This document shows positions 11,900 through 26,449 of a DNA stretch of 64,000 bases, piece by piece. Location: positions 695,986 to 759,985 of the forward strand of contig NMRA01000090.1 of NCBI GenBank assembly GCA_002633005.1, given 5' to 3'. How positions within the stretch are numbered: position 1 is the stretch's first letter; each line of letters begins with the position of its first letter. This DNA comes from Phoronis australis (lineage: Eukaryota > Animalia > Phoronida). The position numbers were made by a program, and so were the translations under genes. The notes below the pieces were generated by a model that saw only the letters and a program-made list of their open reading frames with translations, searched no databases and was not told where the DNA came from.

Positions 11900-14800
11900 G
11901 TAAGAGCCAGTTTCGAGGTAGTAATGTGATTTTGAAACAGCATTTTTATCGCGCACTTACCGGTGATTGTTCATATAAGCAAGCTCATGTATTAGTATAA
12001 AATTGCAAGTTTACCCGTATGTAATTATATTGCAACTCCATCGGTTAATCACTATGATTACATGTATATGCCACGCATTAAAATTATTAGTCACTTGATA
12101 AGATTTTCAAGCTTGTACCTAACTTTTATGGGTTAGCGAGGGAGACAACTCAGTCAGGTGTTGCAGGTGGCATGAGCAAGTCCTTGTAATACTCTAGTTA
12201 TTATGATTTCCTTCTCATACAACAGTGTTTGTTTTCGTAAGCCGAAACAAGTTATAATATTTCTTCAGAATAAATACATTTTGTTTAAATAAGAGAAACT
12301 ACATTTTTTTTTGTTTTAATGCCGTACTAGAGGTTTATAGCCTAAAATCTAGAGGTGTTTTGATTTGGAAATTGGCATTCTGGCCACTACCACCTCTATC
12401 GTTACGTTACAAATATGACGACAAGTCGCTTTACTCACAAAATGTTTGCTGATAATTTGACGGCAATACGTTTTCCGGTTGTATATTCTCTCCATGAGAA
12501 AAAAACATACGTCTGTTTTCCAAAGATTTTATGTCCACCAAAAGGCCCCCGGGGAACTCTTTCGGGAAAAAGTTTTGAGTCTCTTTCAGAAAGGTGTATT
12601 ACTTAACACAGCGTTCTCACTCAGCAATGGCCTTACAAATCTTTGTAATAAGTAAGTGGCTGTCCTTCAGATTCTGTAACATTGGCATTGGAGGTGGTGA
12701 TTTGTTCCTTCAGGCTGGCTTAAATTTGATTGACCCGAAATACCTGCCACGTTCATTTCAGTTTTCGTAAGTTTAGCGACGATATTTACATGTATATCTC
12801 AGTGCGTCTGCGTTGACAAGTCACTAATAAACGTAAAATATTATTGCAAAATTCTCTAGTGATAGAGAAAACATATTTTCCTTACTTTTGCCCTGTGTCA
12901 GATATACAGAACGAACTCGGAGGAACTCCCATTGGAGCTTTTGCGCTCCTTGTTTGTGCAAAATAGCATGCGTTAGGGCTCAATGTTGGTGGGGTCTCTT
13001 TCAGAATTTCCGTGTAAGAATTTATGATGTCTAAGCCCATACCCCTGGGCAAGAGGTATTTGATTAAAGTAATGACGCAATTGCTATATTTTGTTTGTTA
13101 AAATAAGCTCGGGTTTGGGATATGAACAGATACTAACTACAACATGCTTATTTAAACATCTACCTCTAACAGTTTGGGGCAGATTTGAAAAATTCCCAGA
13201 AAAGTCTACCAAATTGGCAAAAAGCGTCAATAATCCTGTGCCTGAGAACGTGAAAAGCTAACTAGTAATAATTTCGCTCGACTAACACATAATATAAGAA
13301 ACTCTTTGTAACTTTCCGAGTTCCGTTGAGTATTGTTTAGTGTATATACTTGAATATTGCGCTTTTCACGCAGTAACGCTACTTTTAGCTGTCCCAATGA
13401 GGATGCGGAACAATGCTCTCGTATTGCTTTTGTTGCTGAGTTAGGTGACGCAGCTTTTAATGAAGCTCCAAAACAGGTTCACTATCACGTGGTGGTTGTA
13501 AAAACCTTAGTATGCTCAACTCAACTTTACTAAGCTCCAACAGGTACCAAAATATCCCACCCGTTCAAAACGTCGTAACACCATTCAAGAGTCTATTAAA
13601 TGCAAGCCGTTACATGCTTGCGGCTCACTGTAATATATTACTAAAATACATTATACACCGTAACACTCTTCAACAAGTCCAGTATGCGTGTTACAGTGCG
13701 CTCCCGGATCACAGTTTTAATTTTCGTAAACACACACGTTTTATTCCCATTTGATCCGTGTATTTATAGTGAAATAACCTTCCCGTAATGATTCCAAGAT
13801 TCAGCCAATTGATCGAAGCTCTTAGTGACGTTTTCGTTCTAGTTCCACTCTGCAGATTTTTAAGGGCATTACATGTTAAAAGTGTTCAATAATGCTTCAA
13901 AGAGAAGCGAAACATATTTGAATAGTTTCACGTCAAGTGCGTTTTGACTCCATAATAGATGTAGAAGTAACTGTGTCCAGGAAGTGATTAACATATCGGT
14001 TTATAAGAGCTCAAACTTTGAAGTTGTAATTGCTTGCTTTTATTGTGTGGTGAGTAATTTGCATCATGGTCATTTGAGGCAATGGAAAACATAACTTAGA
14101 TGAAGAGATTGTGTTGCTTTCCATGATACTAAACTCAGTTACTATCACGGTTTGGTATTCTGAAATAACACATGCAAATGTTATAGGTGGACATTCTGGA
14201 GTCATAGAATATTGACTCTTGTTTTTGATAACAGGCTTAACATAAATTTAANGTAACGTTTCTACAAAATTCATTCTCAGCCAATATAACTACCATGTAA
14301 CAGGTTTCTGGTTCCTCCATATGAAAATCCAGGTCAAAAAGAAGGTCACAAGTAGTCCTATTCAGTTGGAGAATTTTATGATGCCATCTTAACTGAGGCA
14401 GGCCAGCCAGCTGGCTCTCTGTTGTGTTGGCAGGGAATGGGGTAATTGAAACTTGCGCTTCAGTTAACAATTCTAATTGGGTTTTGGCTTGAATTTTCAG
14501 CAGGGATAGATTCGTCATGCAAATAATCAGCTAATTGAAGAAAATAATTAGGCAACCACCGTTTCGCAACAGCAAGCTGTGCCTCTCTTCGCTCTCTTAG
14601 GAGCGAAGCGCCAACTAGATGTCTATGTTGTATTGGATCGGCCGACGGAGGAGGCTGAAGATGGATCGGGGCTGGACCTCAAATTCGATTGAAACTAATG
14701 GGTTCACCGAGAGCTTGTGACGTGATGATTCATCTGAATGTTTTGAATACAATTATTTCATATCGCAAGGTCCCACTCTCTATCTAAAAGTACCAAAGTC

Positions 14801-17800
14801 GTCTTCCTTTCAGCGGGGTCCTCTTTCTGTCCACACTTCTTCTTCGATTGTGTAAGCTAGTGCATCAACATTCTGTAATGGAAAAATGGGACACTTGGAT
14901 TGAATAGGCGAGACATTGGGATAGAAAGTGGAGCATATGGGTCTACGCCAAAAGGAATGATGCAATGTTTACCGGAGCACCTGCATACACATAAGCAGCA
15001 TTTTAGTCAAACAGGAAACCGCTTCTGTGTGATTAGGGCAAAATTGTTTAGAGCAAAGCGGTTATAACGTTTGAAATCAGTTTCAAGGTTATAAGTTTTG
15101 GTTTAAACAGTATTTATGCTGCTGTTAAAAACGATTGTGAAAGTTGTAACTATTGCACGATGATAACCCTCTGAGAGTGGTTTAGCGAGCAATTGCAAAG
15201 GTTATAAGCTGGAGTAAACGGTCAGCCCAGTTAACCCAATTGACCACTATTACACTCCCAGCCTTTAGTTGAACTTCGTGTGTATGAAGGGAACTCAAAG
15301 GCACTGGCTTCAAGTGACTAAACCAGGAAGATGACCGTTTATGATCGCCATTTTCCAGAATAAACTACGTGCGTCTCAAGCTCGTTATGAGAGATGAAAA
15401 GAGAGACCGAGATTGCCAAAATAATGTGATTTGTTATGGAAGAATACAAACGCAAAGAATGGGGATGAAATGATACAATATGTAAAAATAATCATTGGTA
15501 AGAAGGGCAATGAAAAGGGCAACATAGAGGTAAGAGAAGGTGCGAAACGTTATGACAGGTAGTGGGTGGGTAAAATTAAAATAATTAAACGCGTGCGTCA
15601 TATTAGATGACACAACGAAAGTGAACTGAAACATGGGGGATGCAAAAGAAAAAAATTCCTATAGACACGTGACAGTCATCAGCCTGGAAGAGCAGGGAGT
15701 TGACCAAAGCCATAGCACGTGATAGCACAGAAAGCTCGGAATAAGCGTCCTGTGCCGGGTTGCATGAAACAGTCCCAAATAGGGACTCAACTAAGTTCCC
15801 TAAACCTTTTGCCTATTTGTGTCTTTCTTTACTGACAGATGTAAACTTTTTTATGCCGATTCATTTTTATTGTGAGCTCCTGTTTAACTAATTAATATTT
15901 TCTAACAATATAACTAAAAACTTAGTCCTGAATTCAATGAAGAGATCCCTATTCATTTTCGATAATTTTGAGAATTCAACGTCGAGTTCACTCTCGGTCT
16001 GTATCAAAGCCAAAAATTGACTTAGCAATGATACTAAAACAGCATAAGAAAGCACAATCCGTATTTTCACAAATCCACAAATACGCAATAGACTTAGGAA
16101 AATTGTTGAGTCCCTATTTGGGACTGATTCTTGCAACCGAGGCCTGTAGCCCTGCACAAAAGAACTAGTGGAGCGGTTCGATCTGAGGAAAAAGGGATGT
16201 AAGATATGATGGTGAATATGCAAACATAAATCTATTTGATAAGTGAAATACCATTTTACGGTTGCCTCTCTCGTTTTATTTATGTAAGACCCTGTAAATT
16301 TCAGAAATGACTGATCGGATTCTCACGAAGCTTTCCGATACTGTGTGCTTTATAAACTGTTCTACAAAACAGTGTTAGGAATTGTTTTAAATGTTCCACT
16401 TTTGTATGAGGGGCTATCAAAAATAGGACAAATTTTATGAAACATTTTAAATTTGCATAAACCGAAAACGAAACCGAAAAATGTCAGAACATTTGATAAA
16501 GTTATTGATGATATTGTTTTGATATGAAAGTACCTTTCCATTTTGTTATTTTTTTTTTCTAAAAAGCAAGACCACGCGACCCAATTAGTTGCAGATTGGT
16601 ATAAGGTCAAAAATCTAGTTCTACGGAATTATGTTTTCAGAAAATTTATACCTTTGCTTAGTTAAATTCTATATTTTTTTATGATTTTTGGCTACATGTG
16701 TAGACCAGTCAATAATGTTCTACATAAAATTAAATAAAAGTTGTAACTGTGTAAAAAATGAGCCGGTTTAGTTCAACGGGACATTTCAATCATGAAAACC
16801 AAGGTAACATGATGATTGGCATATCTCGAAGGGATGCTGACAGGCAGTTAATTAAGGTCTCTTTACCGACACTAGTTTTAAATTAATGTGTTGTAATCAA
16901 TAAAGTTCAGACACAACGGCTAAATTACAGGTACATTACTGTTAATTTTAATGAGAAGTGACTCATTACAAACTCATCAATCAGACGTTGAGCTTTGGAC
17001 AGCTCTTTGGCACCCGCCAACAAACCTTGCAAAGTTTACGAATTTTTCCCTTCCTCTCCTGGTAAAACCACTTGTAACGCGAATTTTGCAAATATCAATG
17101 CGAGAACGAGTTCTGCAACAAAAGTGAGTGTAGTACAGGTATACGAGGTTTTGGTTGTTAAATAGGCTGGCAAAATCAAACAAGTTTAAAAAACACTTCA
17201 TTGTTGATACCAGACGCCCTCCTCACCACGCCATATTAGTTTCCTTATGAAGTTTGCCTTATTTTCTACAATTAGTAGGGAATTTCATATAGGAACCTAG
17301 AAGATTAAATTTGGCTAATGTCGGAACATTATACTTTAGAAATAACTGATTGAAATATTTTTGAAATGTTCCCCTTTTACATGGAGGAATATCTAATAAC
17401 AGGAATTTCACGATTTATCTGAAAACTTGCATGAAATGAAAACGACAAATAACTTTAAAAATTCATATTTCATCTTGAACCTTCATATAAAACCAAATTT
17501 GGCCATGTTTTTGATATCGTTGTTTTGTTATCATTGTACTTTTTGTTATTTTATTATACTAACACAGTCACGTGACCCAATCCATGACAAATTTGTAGAA
17601 AGTCAAAAATCAAATTGTACAAGGTTTCTACTTTCAGTAAATACATGTATTTATATTTTTAGTTAATTACTACAATTTGCAGGTATTTAATTAAATCCAA
17701 AGACTTTTCGATAAGGCCTAGTATAACATTAATGTTATAAACACTTACAGATTTTTTTACGGGGAATTTGGGAGTGTGCTTCGTATCGCGAACACGTTGT

Positions 17801-17932
17801 GTGGGCTCGGTGAATGTTATTGCTTTGCTATACACGGGCGTCTTTTCCGCCCCAGGTCTTGAAGTATGTTTAGAGAATATTCTGGCGCCACCCCCACCCT
17901 CTTTAATTTACTCTCACTTCCAATTTCAGACG

Positions 17933-18071
17933 ATGAGGGGGCGGCCACACCTGTGGTTTACCTCGATCCTCTTTCTGACGTTCGTGGTAGGCACATTGCA
18001 GACTTGGATGCCACTGCGGTACGGAAAACGGCAACAAAGTATTCCGAATAACTCGTGGTTACATAAAAAAG
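17933..18071 (+). CDS. Luqin/RYamide-type neuropeptide precursor, first coding exon (signal peptide + TLQTWMPLRY-GKR)
   Basis: Polypyrimidine tract and TTTCAG acceptor (ends 17929); ATG at 17933; MRGRPHLWFTSILFLTFVVG-TLQTWMPLRY-GKR-QQSIPNNSWLHKK; phase-1 donor AAG|GTAAAC at 18072. A hydrophobic signal followed directly by a peptide and GKR is the canonical amidated neuropeptide layout. Confidence 0.75.
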
Positions 18072-19899
18072 GTAAACCTGATGTGGTGTTTTGTGTCGTA
18101 AAGCCATTCAAAGTACAGTGTATTTGACTTGAAAAAGATGTCCATAGACATTTTTATCACAGTGCCCTCGCCATAATTTATTGTCTTCAGTGATGTCAGA
18201 ACTTGACACGTGAATATTCCCTATCTTAAAATTGGAGAGAGGTATATCATCTGCTCCAAATTATCCTCACTAGCCGCGACGCTGTGCGTTTCTCACATGC
18301 ACGGTTGGACGGTTGTCGGTTCTTAGTTATCCGGTGGTATCACAGATCACTTATACCCTCTGACACAGCGCCACCTATACTGAAAAGTGTTGCTGTAGAA
18401 ACATGACGAATGACACACGGAATTCCGTGTGTGGGGCTCGCTGGTTCCCTGGATGTCATTAGGTGGTAGAGAACACGCCGGTATCATTTAATTTTCCTCG
18501 GGATTTTTTTTTTACACCGGCCATTCTGATTGGCTGGTCGAATTCTCAACAGATAACGCTTTACCCAAACAAACTGGCATGACTGATGAAGGAAGTTTAA
18601 ATGTGGTCTGTTGTACAGACAAATCGGTGCTTAATTCATTGTCAAGAAATGTGAACCCCAGGAAATTGTGGTTGCGCCTTTTCGGAGTGCATCTGTCTAC
18701 TGTCACTGACTCTTGTTTACGTTGTTGTCCTCTATTCACACAGTATAAATAACACACCTGTTAAATCGACCAGATGTGTGTTTATTGTACATGTATGTGC
18801 TTCAAGCACGCGGCTATTAAACATTACTTCAGAAACGAAATAGTTGCTGCTACGCCACTTGCATAATAAGACTAAAAATAGTTCATAGGCTGACATTTTC
18901 TCTCTTTTGTTGTAAAGCTAACCAATGACTGCCGAAGTTACATCAACCAATGATAAAGCGCATGCTACTGAATGGTACCCGCGTGTTCTCTACGCAAGGA
19001 ACCAGCGAGTGTGTGGGCATGTGCATGATTCGTCAGAAGTTTATAGATCACATCGCCACCACACGCCTTCTATGCACTGTACTTGTTTGGGCTTAGCCAC
19101 GGGATCGGGGTTGCCTTGATTTTGTTTACTTCGACCACTGCCCGTTTTATTAAATTGCAACTATTCAAGTCAAAGGTGGTCGCCAAAATACGTAACAGTA
19201 AACTGAAAGGGGTTTCCCAGATTTCAACCAATGGGAATGACTGAATTTTATGACGTCGGTTTCATTACTTTAGCCTATGAAAAGCCATGATAAACAACAT
19301 CCACAGTGCTACCTTTAGTAGCAGTACGAAGGAGTGTAAGATCACTTACTGACGTATGTAGTTAACGCTATTATTTTTGATTGGTGCTTGCTTCGTTTCC
19401 ACGCCCACCTAACACATGCTTTAAGAGAGCCATGCTCCCATGCAATTACGTTGCAGTCCTGAAGTTTGTTTGCTGCCATATTATTTACATGTTAGCAAGT
19501 TATCTGCTTTGTTATCTAATGTTTACTAACCGTCCCACAAGACATTTCAAAGAACGACAAGATTCGCAAAATTTAAAATACCAAAATTCAAACTCTGGTC
19601 CGCGGACGACCGAGTTCGATTTGTAAAACCTTATACAGTTCAGTGAAACACTTCCTCCGAGAATATCTTGAATCCTCTGGTTTGACGCGGCCGGTCTCTC
19701 CACGCGTGCAACGATTTAACACTTGCTCATTTGGGTTCAAATGTTCTAGACGCAGTACGTATTTATTAAAGGGGCATCTGGCCGCTGTTTAGTTGCCGAT
19801 GGAGCAATTTTATTATTGGTCTAGCGCCTTAAAAATATCACCACGCTCAACTGACATTGAATTTGTGCAGGATGAGCCGGCAACTCAAATTGTAGGTTC

Positions 19900-20700
19900 C
19901 AAAGGGTGTTCCGTCGAAACAGGAACCCCGGTGAAAGCAGATACCCCGGAGTCGAAAACAATCTCCCACACATTCAAAACAGCTAACCAACCTGAAACGA
20001 ACGAAACCCGACCTTTAAAACCGGAACCTCGGGGATCGGACAGGACACCCGGGGACCGAAACACCACTCCCGCACTTCCTGTCAAACATTAATTGATGAA
20101 AAATAAATCTTCATAACTTTAAATAGTTGTTGTGATATGTTTTACATTATAATTTTAGACAACTTATGACTGCTGCTAAAGTTGTGGTACGATCTTTTGC
20201 GTAGGCTTTGGGCGCCATAAAATATTGAGTCACCTATTGGCCAGTTTCTTTTCCTTTATTCCTTAATGAACTGCGTACATGTCCCAACAAATTAATCAAC
20301 AATGGCACTCAAAAGTCGAAACAATATTGTTGTTTTTCATTTTTGAATAATATGAAATTAACTAAATACACGTATTCACCGAGATAACTACGTCTTGAGT
20401 GTATAGACTATGTTGAAATTCACCCATGCAGGAGTTTTATCGATAAAATCAAATAAAGTTTTTATAATATAAATTACGTTTTATTATTGACAATTTTTAA
20501 CAAACAACTGCAGAAAGTAACTGGAAAGTGCTTGAAGATGCTTAAAGCTTGAAACTACTGACAACGGTCTCAGAAAAGTTGAATTCCTGTCCAATCTTTT
20601 TTAAAGGTCAGGGTTCGTGTTTTTCTTGTTGGCTAGCTGTTTTGAAGGTGCGGGAAATCTCTTTTAGCCCAGGGTTCCTACTTGGATGAAACACCCCGGT
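19900..20700. repeat. Diverged ~110-bp inverted repeat pair (19900-20020 / 20598-20700), probable DNA transposon relics
   Basis: ...TTCAAAACAGCTAACCAAC...ACCCGACCTTTAAAA versus TTTTAAAGGTCAGGGTTCG...GTTGGCTAGCTGTTTTGAA. Confidence 0.55.
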
Positions 20701-20872
20701 ACCTCGTACTTGTGACATTTTCGTATTCTCAATTTCAGGGTTGTCCCGCCTTATTAAATTCTGAAATGTTTTCTTGAGCCGTTGAAGGTGGTTTACTTGA
20801 TCTTGCTGGTAACACAAAACATCACGGAAAGAAATATTTGTGAAATCTACTTGATGAGAGTTGGAGGCTTAA

Positions 20873-22280
20873 AGAAGAATGCCACACGATTAACTTAGTT
20901 TTTTTACCATCTTAATCGGTCTATATACACATCACCTAGTATACAGTCGATCTCACCTCGCCGAGAGGTGTCGTGTTAACCTGTGAGGAAGGTGAGTACA
21001 CGACGCAGCGACGTCAGTGGTTCTTCAGCTGAGTGTTTGCTGCTATGGGTGGCGTATCGATCCTGCTTGGGCGAACCCCGAAGCTGCGAGAAAAGCTGGT
21101 ATATCCTTTTTTCGATTTCTTCGAAAATCCGAAATACTTTGGAAGTGATTCCCAGCAGTAAAGAGCGAAATGTACGCCGTTAATACCAAGTACATATACA
21201 TGTATGAGGCCGTGTATGTGGCCTGCACTGCTATGTTTCAAAATGATTTATTTTCACCCGAACCAATGTTTATATAAATCGGAAACAAAGTGTTAAAGTC
21301 TGTCTCAGTAGATAAAATTTGGCTTGGGAGTGTTCGTGAGAAATCAACAATAAATGAATCATAACGTTACCGGCTTCACATGCATTAAAACTATTTGACC
21401 GGGCGGCCGCCCAGTCGTGTGAGCGCATGCTAATTCAGTGTTTACTGACAGAAAGCTGTTTTGAAACTATAACTCGATTTTATAAGCTGTTGTCAGAGGT
21501 TAGGGGTATCTTTATTTAGATATATATATATACTTTATCCAAATCATTGTTATTAAACATCTTCCCCTGTACGCTTCTGGGGAAGGGGGACCTGGCTTCG
21601 CGACCGTGCCCGACGAGTAAGTAGATTTGCAATTTTGCGGCGAATTCATCAAAATATCGACGTACACATCATTTCTGTGGTTCACTAGTCTGGTCTTTTT
21701 GCGACTGGAAGTTTAGTTTTCATCTTTGGCAGAAAACTAACCCGCCTGGTTTATGTTTGTAATGCTTCCAGTGCGACCGTCGCAGGCCTGATCGGGTTCC
21801 AAGCCAAAGCTTATAACGAGCGTTTTGTGTTTAGAACTGGAAAATTCGCGAATATAAAATTACAATACACGGCTATGCTCTTCTGTGTGTATTTCACGGT
21901 GGAATAATTATAATTTATCACCGAACAGACTCCAAAATTCTCGCGACCGCCTATGGTAAGTTGGCCTATAGAATTTTGTATAGGCTACGGTACATTCCAA
22001 ATTTCTGTAAATCCGTAACAGCGAAATATAATAACTCGTCTCTTTATAAACTCAATGTATTTGTAAGGGTTTTACATTGAATTTTTATGATTTAATAGTG
22101 TAATAAGCTGGCATCAGTAAGAGTGTTGTGAACTGTGAACATACCTGTGACGTCATGGCTTAATTTCAGCACATCCGTCTGCCGTCTTGTGTCAGGTAAA
22201 AGAAATGAAATTGCTGTTATCCAGTGAAACTACTCGATCGAAATTCATTCAAAATGCGTTGTTTTTGGTAACAGACTACT
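20873..22280 (+). mobile_element. Non-autonomous Kolobok-like DNA transposon, copy 1
   Basis: TTAA on both sides (20869-20872, 22281-22284); termini AGAAGAATGCCAC...GGTAACAGACTACT; colinear homology with 54998-56619. Confidence 0.75.
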
Positions 22281-23600
22281 TTAATTCGATTTTTCCCAGC
22301 TGAAAAGGTAGATGCAGATTCAATAGAACGAAACTATGTTATTTTGAATGTGAACGCATCAATTAATCAACTGATCGTAATACAGATACAAATCGAAATC
22401 ACGATGGTCACTAGTATAGGACTAATTTGAACCTGAGCGCGTCAAATTAAGACCTCTAAGACATCACCTAAGGCACGAGAAGGTAACAGTGCGTGATGTG
22501 ATTACCTTTGACAAAGCAGTCGGTGGCGTTAGTTACAAGCTATTTCCTTAAAATGTCACTAAGAAGTATAATTAGACTCTTAATGGCAGTCTGTAATAAT
22601 TGATAAATGCAGTTATTTCAGACTTAATTAACTCTAGAAGCATTTTGTAATTAATTGTAAATAGGCAAGACGCCAGCCCATATTCGCAAGCGGGGTCAGG
22701 AATCGAAATTCAGGTATAACTATTAGTAATATGTAATGAAAGAGTTTGATTGGAAGCTAACGAGATAATAAATGTTTCATGATTGTGAGAACATTTGGTA
22801 CGCGCATCTTATCAGTCAATTAGTAATGGCATATGCCTGGTAGATAAACTGAAGGAAAGTTCTTTTCCGCAAAGACGAAATTGACGTTCCTGTGAAGGTT
22901 TTAATATTTCATCAGCATTAGTGGGGGCGTATGACGTCAGAAGTATCCGTAGTCATACAACGATTATCTGCTATCCTGGTAGGAACAGACGTAGTAACTG
23001 CAAATTTGTGAATAGTCTTCTATGGCTCTCTTCTGGCTACGAGTGAAATTACTAGAGCTCTAGATCTCAAGTCACTGTCCATGGATATGTGTTTCCACAT
23101 TGTGACCAGTCTCTCGCACAAATTCACAGATAGAGCAAGACATAGCACACGCACAGTCGTGAGAAAACTTCAACTTCATCACAAGTGCCGTCACAAATTC
23201 CTCTTGCATCCTTTCTAAAGCCCACTACCGAACAGTTCAATGTCGTAAGCGCTACAGGTTTCCGAAAGACTCCCAGTATTTTTTCCTAAATACATGTAGC
23301 TACCTGGGGCTTTTGTGACGCCAAATCACTTTGGGAAAATAGAGTATTTTGAAAGAGCTCAGAGGAGGCTTTTACGCAAAGTCTCCGATACCTGTGCTAT
23401 CGCAGTAAAACACCTGAGCCCACCGACTAAAAACGTCTCGGTGGATTCTATTTTGAAAAGGTGACTTTCTTATGAAACTTACCACCGATACAGTGTAATT
23501 GATGAAGGAGCCAACCGGGTCGCAATGCAGTGACAAATTTCTGCTTGTTTATCATCGAGTTTTGGGAAATCAGAAGGAAATGATAACAAAACGGATTTTC

Positions 23601-25937
23601 CCCTTACAAAAATGATCTTAAGTTTTCATCGAAAAACTTAAGTTTTTGGCGAAAATTTAAGTATTTTGGAACAAGTTTTTTGGAACGAACTTCAGTTTTC
23701 ATAACTTAGTTTTCAAAAACTTAAGTTCTGAAAACTTAAGTTTTGGAACAAGTTTTTAGTAACAAACATAAGTCATCAAAACTTAAGTTTTTGAAAACTA
23801 AGTTTTCCGAACATAAGTTTTCAAGGAACTAACTTTTGAAAACTGAAGTTTTCTAAAAGCAATAAGTTTCAATAAGACAGGCATTAAAAAACTTCGACTT
23901 TCACTAAAACAAGAGTGGAGTACAGTAACAAATTTAATGATTCACATAAAGATTTAACAAACTAGAGTTCTATTAACATTTCATTAACAGTGATTATTTG
24001 CAGAAAATAAAATGCACTTCCTAAAATACACTAGTTCCTTAAAATAAGTGAACATAAGTGAAATATTAAAATCTTAAAAACCATTTCAAAAATCAGTTCT
24101 TCAAGAGTCACGCATACAATGCAGTGAAAACTAAATGAGGCTAATAATATAATTGCATCGTTCTCAGTCTATGACAATTATGCGATAACTGAGGGAGCAA
24201 AATGGAATGTACAAACAGAGAAATCACTACCAAATCATGAAACACAACCAAAGAAAATGTGATTACATAGCCAGGAAGGACTACAACAAAAGTCTACGTT
24301 TCAACAGCAGACTTTTTCAACTAAAATTACAGCAATGACACCAAGAATAACAAATCACTTAATATGCAAAATCCAAGAATATCCGCAGAGACAAAAGCTT
24401 AACATAAAACGTAACAGGTAACTAAAAGTTTATCGACAATGGCCACAGATCTGATTTTGGGAAGTACAATCCTTATACTAGAAATAGTGCATAGAATCAC
24501 CTGTAATTGTTTTCAACCTTAAAAATATCAATTTAAAAGTCAAAGTTTCGTTTTCGTGACAATCACAATAACAGTAAATCCAAAACACTCAATGGTGCGA
24601 ACAAGTTTCACTAAAAGTAAGTACAACCTGGTTATACGAGATGGAAATTAGAAAACTTAGACCTTTAACCACAAAAATATTCTTTTTCCTTTAATTTAAA
24701 GCTACTGAACTTCATACACATATAGGGCCTTTCATACCAACATCGACGCGTCGAAGTTTGTGGGAGTTAATGTCAGTATGAACGCTTAAACTTTGGTCCT
24801 GGAAGGAAGTTAACAGCGCCAGTTAACTTTGCACTAAACAGGTGGATTTAATTGCTTAGCGTCAATGCTGCCACGCAGTATAAACGATCAACTTCGGTCC
24901 TATCGAAGTTATTGCCAGGAGCCACTGTTATCATTAACAATTGCATAGTAGCCTGATGGCTAATAGTTGCTTATTCCTTGCTCTAAAAATCACCAATCGA
25001 TTTAAAAATAAGTTTTATGTCAATTAACACATGTAAATGTTCCCAAGTTGTCACATCTTAGCGTGCAGTGCTACCTTGCGATACCTTCGATCACGACAGC
25101 GTCACCTACTGTATACTTCGAAGTTCATTAACTACCGAAGCCAGAATGAACGGTCCAGTTAACTTCGCAGTATATGCCGATGCTCCTCTCGTCTACATTT
25201 AAATTTGCAAAGACGTGCGATAATGATTACGTAATTGCACTAAATAAGTACTGGTTAAACGGTCGTCCTTTTATGGTTTGTATCTATATAAATGTTACGG
25301 AAATATTCGGGCAAAATTTTTATGAGATGATGGGTTTTTCATGAGCAAATAATTATTTTTGTTGGAAAATAATGGGAAAATTTTCGAACCAAAAATTAAA
25401 AAAATATCTCACTATATTCAAATTTTAAAAAGTTGAAAACGTGAATTTTGATCACATAGAAACCTTAGAGTTTTTAGAAAATTCAAGTTTTCCACACATG
25501 AAAAAATCCAGTTTTCTGAAAAACTTAAGAAGCCATGAAAACTTAAGTTTCTATAATTGGAAAAACTAAAGTTTTCGAAAAACTTATGAAGTCAGGAAAA
25601 CTTAAGTTTTGTGATAAACTTAAGTTATCAGAAAAACTTAAGTTTTGTTAGTTCAAAAAACTTAAGTTTTCATGAAAACTTAAGTTATTACTTGAAACTT
25701 AAGTTTATTTGTGAAAACTTAAGTTTTACACCTGAAAAAACTTAAGTTTTCTGAAAAGCTTAACATTGTGCTGAAAAACTTAAGTTTTTGGCGAAAAACT
25801 TAAGTTTTAAAAACTTAAGTTTCTGTTAAAAACTTAAGTTTTTCGGAAGAACTTAAGTTTTTCCTCTAAAACTAAAGTTTTTTCGCCAAAAACTTATTAA
25901 GTTTTCAGCGAAAAACTTAACTTCATTTTTGTAAGGG
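23601..25937. mobile_element. Foldback-type non-autonomous DNA transposon (CCC termini, 2-bp TSD; CMC/EnSpm-like)
   Basis: TIR CCCTTACAAAAATGA / TCATTTTTGTAAGGG; TC on both flanks; subterminal arrays of the palindrome AAACTTAAGTTT (~23615-23870 and ~25500-25925). Confidence 0.85.
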
Positions 25938-26449
25938 TCTGCTGGGAAAAACTCAAGTAGATCATTTTACCTACATGTTAATTACGCCACGTTTATACGG
26001 ATCCTAATGTCATTTATTGAACAAGTCTGTTTATAATTGCAGTTAATGGCATTTAATAGGGAGACATTGAAACGACGTCTAGGGTCATAACTGGCGTACC
26101 ATTGCTAATTAAATTAAATGAAAATTTCCGTTTCAAACGCATTGACGAACAGACACGCCAGATTTGTCTGCGTGGTATCCGTGGGTGTGCATATCGGATT
26201 TTGAAACTATTTGGTTAAAACCATAATATCAAATCACTGAATTTTCAATAAATGCTTGCAGATGCACAGCCCTCAAACTACAGTAGATCTATATTGCTTC
26301 TTTTCAGTACGTAGAGGGAACACTCGCCAAGGTCATTTTCAGGAACCATGGTTTTGGAACTTGTCACAAACCTGATAACACTCCCCGACAATTACCAGTC
26401 CATCCTCAAGTAAACCAGAAGATATCAAAAAGTGTGATGTTATTTTTGG

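Noticed and set aside
17768-18127. 119-aa single-exon ORF
   Set aside because: Its N-terminus spans the intron and polypyrimidine tract and its C-terminus runs past the donor; the real coding part is probably 17933-18071.
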